Shown piece by piece: positions 1 through 7,992 of a DNA stretch of 61,577 nucleotides. Positions within the stretch are counted from its first letter, which is position 1, and every line of letters begins with the position of its first letter. The notes beneath the pieces were generated by a model. It saw nothing but the letters and a program-made list of their open reading frames with translations. It was not told the DNA's origin and did not search any database. Source of the DNA: Gammaproteobacteria bacterium (GTDB taxonomy: Bacteria > Pseudomonadota > Gammaproteobacteria > JAGOUN01); the NCBI GenBank assembly GCA_018061255.1, contig JAGOUN010000003.1, positions 1 to 61,577 of the forward strand. Direction: 5' to 3'. Both the position numbers and the translations under genes were made by a program.

Positions 1-257
1 CTTCTTTTTTGACATGGCAATAGCTTAAGCTTACTATAAAAAATATTTTGGAAGAAAAAATTTCAGAAGTGAAATAGCAGGAAGAGCAGTGCAGACAGTA
101 TCAATAAAGAAACAGTGTTGTCAATTCGCATTTACTACTTTTATATTGGCGGAGGGTATCCCCTAGAATTTTAATGGCAACCAATTATCACAACAGATGA
201 CAGACTGTTGTCGAAGGCAAGAATGGCTTTCTTGTGCCTATCTTGTTATTTCGGATC

Positions 258-299
258 GATTGCCGCGCTGCACTCGCAATGACGTCCCTTTCGCGACGT
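258..299. repeat. Half copy of palindromic repeat family A (CTCGCAATGACG arm plus small hairpin)
   Basis: GATTGCCGCGCTGCACTCGCAATGACGTCCCTTTCGCGACGT matches the layout of 28726-28767 (GATTGCCACGCTATGCTCGCAATGACGTCCCTTACGGGACGT). No partner left arm nearby. Confidence 0.6.
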
Positions 300-375
300 G
301 TAGAATAAATGTTCTGTAATTGTATATAAACCTAATATCGCAAACTCATTGGCGAATGGTATAAATAAATTTTGG

Positions 376-1269
376 CTATTGAATACGCTGACAAATCGCC
401 GTCAGCGCCTCCGCAGAAGCATAGTGAACCACCAGCTTGCCTTTGCCTTTGGCATTTTGTTGAATGGTCACCTTTGATCCCAACGCAGTAGAAAGTTGTT
501 TTTGCAACTGGGTGATTTCCGCCAGTAATTTAGCCGGAGTTGCGGCAATCTGCGCTCTTCCTTCACTCAAATTCTGCAATTGTTTGATATAGCGTTCCGT
601 CTCACGAACAGATAAACCTTTCTCGACAATATGTTCTGCAGCGCGTAATTGTTGAACTTCAGGCAACGCCAGCAACGTTCGTGCGTGGCCCATTTCCAAA
701 TCGCCACACTGTAAATACTGTTGAATTGAAACCGGCAAGTTTAACAATCGTAAAAGATTGGATACTGCCGTGCGTGATCGACCTACCGCCTCAGCGATTT
801 CTTGATGGGTTAACGAAAACTCTTGCACCAAACGCTGCAATCCAAACGCTTCATCGATGGCATTAAGATTCTCGCGTTGAATATTTTCGATCAAACCAAT
901 CGCCATAGCAGCATCATCAGGAATTTCTTTAATAATCACTGGAACTTCAGCTAATTCGGCTTTTTGTGCTGCGCGCCAACGTCGTTCACCGGCGATAATT
1001 TCAAATTGGCCGCTCGCTAGTTTGCGCACAAGAATCGGCTGAAGGACGCCTTGCGCTTTAATAGAAACTGCTAATTCATTCAGCGCTTCTTCATCCATTT
1101 CGCGACGCGGTTGATATTGTCCTCGGATCAATTGTGTAATGGGCAAATTAACCATCGACACCGATGAAGATAGATTTTCACCGGCAACCTCGGGCGATGA
1201 AGTACTCGCGCGTAATTCCACCGGAGAAAGTATGGCATTTAACGACCGACCCAACCCACGCTTTTTCAT
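376..1269 (-). CDS. parB: Chromosome partitioning protein ParB/Spo0J
   Basis: 297 aa. N-terminal KKRGLGRSLNAIL, ParB box GERRWRAA, HTH THQEIAEAVGRSRTAVSNLLRLL. ATG at 1269. Confidence 0.93.
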   Translation of the reverse strand: MKKRGLGRSLNAILSPVELRASTSSPEVAGENLSSSVSMVNLPITQLIRGQYQPRREMDEEALNELAVSIKAQGVLQPILVRKLASGQFEIIAGERRWRAAQKAELAEVPVIIKEIPDDAAMAIGLIENIQRENLNAIDEAFGLQRLVQEFSLTHQEIAEAVGRSRTAVSNLLRLLNLPVSIQQYLQCGDLEMGHARTLLALPEVQQLRAAEHIVEKGLSVRETERYIKQLQNLSEGRAQIAATPAKLLAEITQLQKQLSTALGSKVTIQQNAKGKGKLVVHYASAEALTAICQRIQ

Positions 1270-1281
1270 TAAATTCTCACC

Positions 1282-2718
1282 TTATGTCTTTTTTTTAGCA
1301 GGATGCGCATGACTTACCGGAGGCAGCACGCTTAACATCCAGGCATCGACTTGATTGGCATCCCCACGCTCTAGCGGTGTCATGCCATTAACAAAAATAC
1401 TAAATGCCCAGAGTGTGTGATATTTTATCACATATCCCGAAAGAGCGGAAACATCTCGCCATGTTCCTGTTTTTGCATGAATAACACTTGGATATCCTCT
1501 TAAACGCCCTACCAGGGTTCCATCCGCTCCGTTTATTGGCAACGCAGGAATAATCACCTTGGCCAATGATGGCGTTTTTTGAATATACACTAATAAGCGC
1601 ATCATCTGCTCAGGAGTAATGGCATTATAATAAGATTCACCTGAGCCATCAAATATAAACATCGATTTAGGGTCAATATTTAGTGCGCCACCTAATACTA
1701 TTTTTTCTGCATTAATTCCACGCTCCCATGTGCCTTGCGCATGATAATAATAACCACCCATCGTTTTGAATAAGGCATTGGCGATCAAATCGTCCGAGTA
1801 TTTCATCATCACACGAATCAGTGCGGACAAAGGCAAAGAACTATGGGTCGCGATCGGCTCGCTTGATGGTTTTTTGCCTCCGGTCAGCAATATACGACCA
1901 TCTAAAACAATAGCTTGTTTTTTAAGTTGCTGTTTAATAAGTGACTGTGCGTAAAGCGCCGCATCAGGAATAGCGACTCGCATGCGCTCTGAACGTTTAC
2001 CATTAGGCGCTAAACAACCAGAAAGCGTGTATTGATTGTCATGATGATCAAACATCAACTTACAACTCGGATCATCTTTGGTCATTGCTTGGTTAATAAT
2101 ACAGGGCTCGCCACTGGCTCGCTGTGAACATTGCACAGAAGGCGGAACATCCAATGGATGATTATTTTTAGTGGCAAACACATGAAATAAGAAACAGTTT
2201 TGATCAATATTAAGCGTATTCGTTGGTCCAGAATAACAAATATGTAATTGATCCCACGGCCAGCCATCGGCATAAGGTCTATTATCGAGTGTATCGGTAA
2301 CAAATAAGATATTGCCATGTATACGACTAACGCCTTTCGTTTTCAACGACTGCAATAAAGTCGCAAGATCCTGTTGCTTTAACATAGGATCACCGGAAAA
2401 TACCAGCGTCACATCATCGGTCAAAGTTTGTGCGTGAATTTTTTTAGGATCAAAGTAAATCTGTGTTTTGTAAGAAAAATCAGGGCCTAAAATCATTAAC
2501 GCCGCAGCAGCTGTAAACATTTTTAAATTACTCGCAGGAGTGAAATAATGCGTACTCTCTTTTTCAGCAAGCACCTTTCCTGTCGTCAAGTCTTTAAGTA
2601 AATATCCTTCTGAAGCCACCGAATTTGACGCCTGTGAAACCGGTGCGAAAAAAATGAAAACCAATAAAAAAACAGCCCAAAATATCGAGGAGGATAAAAA
2701 CAAATGGCGCACTCTCAT
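1282..2718 (-). CDS. dacB: D-alanyl-D-alanine carboxypeptidase/endopeptidase, PBP4 family (peptidase S13)
   Basis: SxxK (PASNLKMF), DGSGES, KTG (HAKTGTW), hydrophobic signal-like N-terminus. ATG at 2718 has AAGGA 7 nt upstream. The ORF track gives a longer start at 2763. Confidence 0.85.
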   Translation of the reverse strand: MRVRHLFLSSSIFWAVFLLVFIFFAPVSQASNSVASEGYLLKDLTTGKVLAEKESTHYFTPASNLKMFTAAAALMILGPDFSYKTQIYFDPKKIHAQTLTDDVTLVFSGDPMLKQQDLATLLQSLKTKGVSRIHGNILFVTDTLDNRPYADGWPWDQLHICYSGPTNTLNIDQNCFLFHVFATKNNHPLDVPPSVQCSQRASGEPCIINQAMTKDDPSCKLMFDHHDNQYTLSGCLAPNGKRSERMRVAIPDAALYAQSLIKQQLKKQAIVLDGRILLTGGKKPSSEPIATHSSLPLSALIRVMMKYSDDLIANALFKTMGGYYYHAQGTWERGINAEKIVLGGALNIDPKSMFIFDGSGESYYNAITPEQMMRLLVYIQKTPSLAKVIIPALPINGADGTLVGRLRGYPSVIHAKTGTWRDVSALSGYVIKYHTLWAFSIFVNGMTPLERGDANQVDAWMLSVLPPVSHAHPAKKKT

Positions 2719-2785
2719 CACGTCATCCTTTGATGATACAATTAACTCGCGTATGGTAATCAATCAACCTTCATAACACAACTCA

Positions 2786-3976
2786 TTACAAGCGACGTTT
2801 ATCATCACTTAATTGAAATCCCTGCAAGGTCATCTCAAGATTCTTCTGCAACGCAATCACTTTAAATAACTCACCCATCTCCGACGGCAGCAATAACTTC
2901 TTTAGTGATTGCGCATGTTTATAATTCTGCTGCATATCTAGCGCTGCGGTATCACCATTGGAAAGAACACCTAATGACATCAAAAAATTAGCTTGATTTG
3001 TATAAGCCATTATCTTGAATCCTGCTTCAAAGGCTGCATTTGCTACCGCAGTAAAATCAACGTGCGCAGTAATATCTTGTAAGCCTACATAAAGAAATGG
3101 CTCTGTATGCGCATAATGACGATAATGACACATCAATGTCCCCTGGTCTCTGTCAGGATGATAATATTCTCTTTCTGGAAACCCGTAATCAACGAGCAAA
3201 ACAACGCCGCGCTTCATTGAAGAATATAATGCTGCTAACCAAGGTTTAATCGCTAAACAAATTTCTGAAGAATAGCCTTCTATAAAAATGTTTTCATTGA
3301 TTTCACCACTGTCAGCGCAGTGCAAGCTGGGACCCAGTCTTTCCTGAATAGCCGCTTGTGCTGGCGTGCCATTTTTTGCTTGCCATATAAATTCACCCCC
3401 ATCAACCACAACCCCATTTTCAACTATCTTGCCATTTTGTATCTCAAAACAATGCACCGGCATAGCATCTAACACTTCATTCGCTAACACCACTCCTTCA
3501 AAATTTTTTGGCAACTCTTTTAACCATAACACCGAAGAAAGTAAGTGCGGGCACTTTTCTTGTAAGGTTTGTTGTTGGCGTTCTTGAAGGTCCGGGCTTA
3601 CCTCTAAAATAAGATAGGCTTGAGGAAGAGATTGGACTTTTTCTAGGCTTAATAAAATATCTGCTGCCATAACACCCGAGCCAGCGCCGAATTCCAAGAT
3701 AGAAGGCGCATCTAATTCACCAAAAATCTGCTGACACTGTAACGCAAGACATTCACTAAACGATGAAGAAATCTCTGGAGCTGTCACAAAGTCACCTTTG
3801 GCTCCTAATTTGCGGCTTCCAGAGACATAATAACCTAACTCAGGTTCATATAAAGCGCGATGCATAAATTCAGCAAAACTTATCCAGCCTTGCTGCTGCA
3901 CGTGCTGTTTTAAGCGTTGAGTCAAACGCTCACTATGCGCCTGCGCTTCGAGAGACGGCGATGGTAAAGAAGACAT
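2786..3976 (-). CDS. Class I SAM-dependent methyltransferase, DUF185/NDUFAF7 (MidA)-like
   Basis: GDFVTAPEIS motif and SAM-binding EFGAGSGVMA. 396 aa, typical for this family. Confidence 0.75.
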   Translation of the reverse strand: MSSLPSPSLEAQAHSERLTQRLKQHVQQQGWISFAEFMHRALYEPELGYYVSGSRKLGAKGDFVTAPEISSSFSECLALQCQQIFGELDAPSILEFGAGSGVMAADILLSLEKVQSLPQAYLILEVSPDLQERQQQTLQEKCPHLLSSVLWLKELPKNFEGVVLANEVLDAMPVHCFEIQNGKIVENGVVVDGGEFIWQAKNGTPAQAAIQERLGPSLHCADSGEINENIFIEGYSSEICLAIKPWLAALYSSMKRGVVLLVDYGFPEREYYHPDRDQGTLMCHYRHYAHTEPFLYVGLQDITAHVDFTAVANAAFEAGFKIMAYTNQANFLMSLGVLSNGDTAALDMQQNYKHAQSLKKLLLPSEMGELFKVIALQKNLEMTLQGFQLSDDKRRL

Positions 3977-4105
3977 TGATCACTTATTTAGTCATGCTAA
4001 GAGTGTGCTAGCGTAGCATAGTATTAATTGCCTTATAAACATTACCGTTATTTTTTTCCATATTTTTATATTGCTTTTTGTTGTGCTTTAATTTATCATA
4101 AAGGT

Positions 4106-4387
4106 ATGAAGAAGAGCAATTTTGAATGGGATGAGGCCAAGAATCAGGTTAACCGTGAGAAACATGGTGTGTCGTTCTATGAGGCGCAAAAGGTTTTTTT
4201 AGATAAAAATCGTGTTATTGCACAAGATTTAGAGCACAGCGAGGGAGAGAATCGCTACTATTGCTTTGGCGAAGTCGATGGTGGAATTATGACAGTTCGA
4301 TTCACTTACAGAGCTAGCAAAATTCGTATTATTGGCGCCGGTTATTGGCGAAAAGGAAAAAAAATTTATGAAAACGAAAAAAATTAA
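4106..4387 (+). CDS. brnT: BrnT-family (DUF497) toxin, copy 1
   Basis: FEWDEAKNQVNREKHGVSFYEAQKVF and RIIGAGYWRKG are typical BrnT motifs. ATG at 4106 follows AAAGG. The ORF-track extension from 4028 is hydrophobic junk. Confidence 0.8.
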   Translation: MKKSNFEWDEAKNQVNREKHGVSFYEAQKVFLDKNRVIAQDLEHSEGENRYYCFGEVDGGIMTVRFTYRASKIRIIGAGYWRKGKKIYENEKN

Positions 4388-4601
4388 ATATACAAATACC
4401 TCTATTGGTCGGGTCGAGATTATAAAGGACTTTTTACCTCCTCCGGAAACGTTAGTGCTTGCTGATGAAACCGTCAAAATCACGCTGTCCTTAACAAAAG
4501 ATAGCTTAGAATATTTTAAAAAGGAAGCAAAAATACGCCATACTCCCTATCAAAAGATGATTCGGATTTTACTCGATCGTTATGTTGAGCATTACGGCTA
4601 G
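4368..4601 (+). CDS. brnA: BrnA-like antitoxin (RHH/CopG-type C-terminus), copy 1
   Basis: ATG 4368 overlaps the brnT 3' end by 20 nt. KITLSLTKDSLEYFKKEAKIRHTPYQKMIRILLDRYV matches the BrnA pattern (beta strand plus two helices). Confidence 0.72.
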   Translation: MKTKKIKYTNTSIGRVEIIKDFLPPPETLVLADETVKITLSLTKDSLEYFKKEAKIRHTPYQKMIRILLDRYVEHYG

Positions 4602-4644
4602 GTCGTATATCTATTTTACTTATTAATTTCAAAGGAGCCTAATC

Positions 4645-5973
4645 ATTAAAGCGTTTTTTGCTAAACTTCTTTTTAAGAAAAAAAAAGCAGCCGGCAGCAA
4701 TATTGATGCACGCTGTGTTGTCCCTCGCCCTCAACACACTCTTTCCAGAGATAACATTTGCCCTAACGCACTTAAGGTACTGTATCGTTTAAAATCTGCT
4801 GGCTTTCAATCTTATATTGTAGGCGGTGGCGTCCGCGATTTATTGCTCAATATTCTCCCCAAGGATTTTGATATCGTCACCGATGCCCGCCCTAATCAAG
4901 TGAAAGATTTATTTACGAATTGTCGCTTAATTGGAAGACGGTTTCGTCTTGCGCACGTACATTTTGGCCGTGACATTATTGAAGTGGCTACTTTTCGTGG
5001 CGCTGACAGCGATGAAGGAACACAAGAACTGCATCACAGCGGAATGATTAAGCGAGACAATACTTACGGCACACTTGAAGAAGATATTTGGCGTCGCGAT
5101 ATCACCATCAATGCCCTGTATTACAATATTGCTGATTTTTCTATTATTGATGCGGTTGGTGGAATGGATGACATTAAAAACAAAATCATTCGCGTCATTG
5201 GTGAGCCAAAACTTCGATATCGCGAAGACCCTGTACGGATGTTACGAGTCGTCCGCCTTGCTGCAAAACTCAATTTCACGATAGAGAAAAATTCTTTAGC
5301 GCCGATTAAAAAAATGGCGCCTATATTAGCGGATATTTCTCATGCGCGCTTGTTTGATGAAATGTATAAATTGTTTCATACTGGCGCAGCACTGAAAACA
5401 TTTCACCTGTTATATCAACAACATCTTTTTCATGTTCTTTTTCCGCAAACAGCAACGATGATGGAAAAAAATAGTCAAATAAAATCTTTTATTGAATGCG
5501 CTTGTCGTAACACCGATGCACGTGTCTTACACAATAAAAAAGTGACTCCAGCTTTTTTATTGGCTATTTTCTTATGGCATGTTTATAAAGATAAAGCTTT
5601 GGAATTAAGCGATGAAATGCCAAAAGCGCAAGCAAGCAATATTGCAGCATCACAAGTGATTTCAACACAAATCAAAAGCACCGCTATTCCAAAAATACTA
5701 GTGATGGCGATTCGTGATATTTGGCATTTGCAATTTCGTTTAACGCAACCAGCGAGCCCAAAAACATTTGAGCTACTTGATCACCCTCGCTTTAGAGCAG
5801 CGTATGATTTTCTATTATTGCGCGCAGAGATCGATACGAAATATCAAGAAAAAGCAGCATGGTGGACGCGATTACAAGCAGTCGATCCCGTGACTCAAAC
5901 ACAAATGCTGACTGATGAAGTTAAAAAAAATCAGAAGCCTAGGATGAAGAGACGATCGAAAAAAACACTTTAA
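4645..5973 (+). CDS. pcnB: Poly(A) polymerase I, probable non-canonical ATT start
   Basis: The nucleotidyltransferase motif AGFQSYIVGGGVRDLLL is encoded at 4798-4848, upstream of the first canonical start (TTG 4843). The frame is open from TAA 4624-4626. AAGGAG at 4632-4637 lies 7 nt before ATT 4645. RLIGRRFRLAHVHFG is also present. Confidence 0.85.
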   Translation: MKAFFAKLLFKKKKAAGSNIDARCVVPRPQHTLSRDNICPNALKVLYRLKSAGFQSYIVGGGVRDLLLNILPKDFDIVTDARPNQVKDLFTNCRLIGRRFRLAHVHFGRDIIEVATFRGADSDEGTQELHHSGMIKRDNTYGTLEEDIWRRDITINALYYNIADFSIIDAVGGMDDIKNKIIRVIGEPKLRYREDPVRMLRVVRLAAKLNFTIEKNSLAPIKKMAPILADISHARLFDEMYKLFHTGAALKTFHLLYQQHLFHVLFPQTATMMEKNSQIKSFIECACRNTDARVLHNKKVTPAFLLAIFLWHVYKDKALELSDEMPKAQASNIAASQVISTQIKSTAIPKILVMAIRDIWHLQFRLTQPASPKTFELLDHPRFRAAYDFLLLRAEIDTKYQEKAAWWTRLQAVDPVTQTQMLTDEVKKNQKPRMKRRSKKTL

Positions 5974-7207
5974 AAAAATCTGGAAATGTTTTGCTCACGC
6001 AACTAGCGTCATCAATAACGATACCAGGCACTTTTAATCCAATTAACGCACAGGCCATGGCGATACGATGGTCTTGATAGGTTTTTATAATCCCAGCGGA
6101 CGGCGTACCAGGATAAATTGTTAATGCGGTTTCTTCTTCATCGACACAAAGATTAAGTTGACGTAAATTATTGGCCATTGCTGCAATCCTATCGGATTCT
6201 TTAATTCGCGTATTGCCAATGTTGGTAATACGCGTCGGCGAATCTGCAAAAGGCGCGATAGCTGCCAGCGTCATCATCGTGTCAGAAATATGTTGCATAT
6301 CAACATCAACACCTTTCAACTGCGATGGACCAACAACAGTGATACCTTCATCATTGGATATGACATCACACCCCATTTTTTCTAATACTGTAAGAAACTC
6401 ACTATCCCCTTGAATACTTGTTTCGCGCACCATGTTCAATACCGTTACTTTTCCACCAGTAACCGCCGCCGCCGCAAAAAAATAAGAAGCACTTGAGAAG
6501 TCTGATTCTATCCAATAATTTCTTCCATGATATTTTTCTCCTACCTTTACGCGCCACTGAAGACCGCGATTTACTGTTTCGACACCGAAATCACGCATCA
6601 TCGCACAGGTCATTGCCACATACGGTTCACTAGTGAGATTTTTAGTGTTTACTATTACATCCGTTTTGAAAAGTGGCGCGCTTATTAATAAACCTGATAA
6701 AAACTGACTACTAATATCACCCGAAATATCAATGATACCACCGAGCAAACCACCATTGTGTCTGATCACAAGCGGTAAAGATGAGGAAGAAATATCAGCA
6801 CCTTGCTGACGCAGCACATGCACTAAATCACTCAAAGGACGTTCAGATAAACGCGCACTGCCTTCAAACTGAAATTCACCCAATTGATTAGCACACGCAA
6901 CCAATAAGAAACGAGCAACAGTCCCGGCATCTCGGCAATTAATAGTAGCGCGTGATTGAGGGAATCTCCCTGAGCACCCTACAATTTTAACGGCACACTG
7001 ATCTTCATCTATTTCAACGACAATTCCCAGCTCACGCAATACTGCAATTAATGTCCATGTATCATCACTAAAAAGCACATTTCGCAAAAAAGAGACTCCA
7101 TCTGCCAAAGCTGCCAATAATAAAGCGCGATTAGTGATGCTTTTTGAACCAGGAATGGAGACTTTTGCCTGTAGAGGCGCTATTGCACAAGGAATAGTGA
7201 TTTGCAT
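5939..7207 (-). CDS. aroA: 3-phosphoshikimate 1-carboxyvinyltransferase (EPSP synthase)
   Basis: IPGSKSITNRALLLAALADG near the N-terminus and DHRIAMA near the C-terminus. ATG at 7207 follows AAGGGTG. An alternative ATG is at 7225. Confidence 0.9.
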   Translation of the reverse strand: MQITIPCAIAPLQAKVSIPGSKSITNRALLLAALADGVSFLRNVLFSDDTWTLIAVLRELGIVVEIDEDQCAVKIVGCSGRFPQSRATINCRDAGTVARFLLVACANQLGEFQFEGSARLSERPLSDLVHVLRQQGADISSSSLPLVIRHNGGLLGGIIDISGDISSQFLSGLLISAPLFKTDVIVNTKNLTSEPYVAMTCAMMRDFGVETVNRGLQWRVKVGEKYHGRNYWIESDFSSASYFFAAAAVTGGKVTVLNMVRETSIQGDSEFLTVLEKMGCDVISNDEGITVVGPSQLKGVDVDMQHISDTMMTLAAIAPFADSPTRITNIGNTRIKESDRIAAMANNLRQLNLCVDEEETALTIYPGTPSAGIIKTYQDHRIAMACALIGLKVPGIVIDDASCVSKTFPDFFKVFFSIVSSS

Positions 7208-7267
7208 ACTTGTCACCCTTATCATGAGAATGGTATAACAGCACTTCAGAAATTGTTGAATACTGCG

Positions 7268-7975
7268 ATGATGTTAAAAAAATACTCTCTATACTTACTT
7301 ACTTTGTCCACTAGCCTTGGCCTATTAACTGCTTGTCAACCACTGCCTAAACCAGTATCGCCAACTGAGGTTAACGTAACTCAAACCAACATGAAAGTTA
7401 AGACAAGAGCAAGTTCATTTGTTTATCTCACGCCGATTCCTAAAGAATATCGCACGGTTTATATCTCTATCCAGAATGACTCTGGAACAGATGAGTTTGA
7501 TGCTAAACCCTGGCTAATCAAAAGTTTACAGGAAAAATCCTTCATCGTCGTCGACAATCTTGATAAAGCGAATTTAGTTTTACGAGCTAATGTACTAAGA
7601 GCAGGAAAGATACAGGAAGATAAAACTCAAGAATTGCTAGACTCAGAGTTTGGCAATAGTACGCCGATATTAACACTTACTGCTAAACCAGGCTCAACCA
7701 AACCATTACCTAACAACGATGCTATTGTACTTGATTTGCAATACTTCGACCGTAAAGAGTTAATCGACCCTCTTCAAGCTAAACCCCGAGATTCTATGGC
7801 GCATTTAACTGACATCCAGTTATTACTACTATGCAACAGCATTCACTGGGAACGCTTTGAAACCCGTATTGTTAGTATAGTATTTGGCAGCCATGCCCCA
7901 CTAGAAGAAAAATTCGATAGACTAGGTCAATCCGCCGCAATAGCAAATGCAGATATTGTCCGAGGTCTGTCGTAG
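7268..7975 (+). CDS. TraT-like outer-membrane lipoprotein (complement resistance / surface exclusion family)
   Basis: Lipobox LLTAC after a signal peptide. VKTRASSFVYLTPIPKEYRTVYISIQNDSG, ANLVLRANVLRAGK and ETRIVS...LGQSAAIANADIV parallel my recollection of plasmid TraT (VKTQMSETIWLEP..VFLQIKNTSD, YWIQANVLKADK, QTRVVS..LAKSIANIL). Confidence 0.6.
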   Translation: MMLKKYSLYLLTLSTSLGLLTACQPLPKPVSPTEVNVTQTNMKVKTRASSFVYLTPIPKEYRTVYISIQNDSGTDEFDAKPWLIKSLQEKSFIVVDNLDKANLVLRANVLRAGKIQEDKTQELLDSEFGNSTPILTLTAKPGSTKPLPNNDAIVLDLQYFDRKELIDPLQAKPRDSMAHLTDIQLLLLCNSIHWERFETRIVSIVFGSHAPLEEKFDRLGQSAAIANADIVRGLS

Positions 7976-7992
7976 AATAGACCTCATTATAA

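Noticed and set aside
1-375. parS site or a further gene downstream of parB (an ATG on the minus strand at position 15 runs off the window)
   Set aside because: No TGTTNCACGTGAAACA-like palindrome was found. Only 5 codons of the putative edge gene are visible, too few to support a call.
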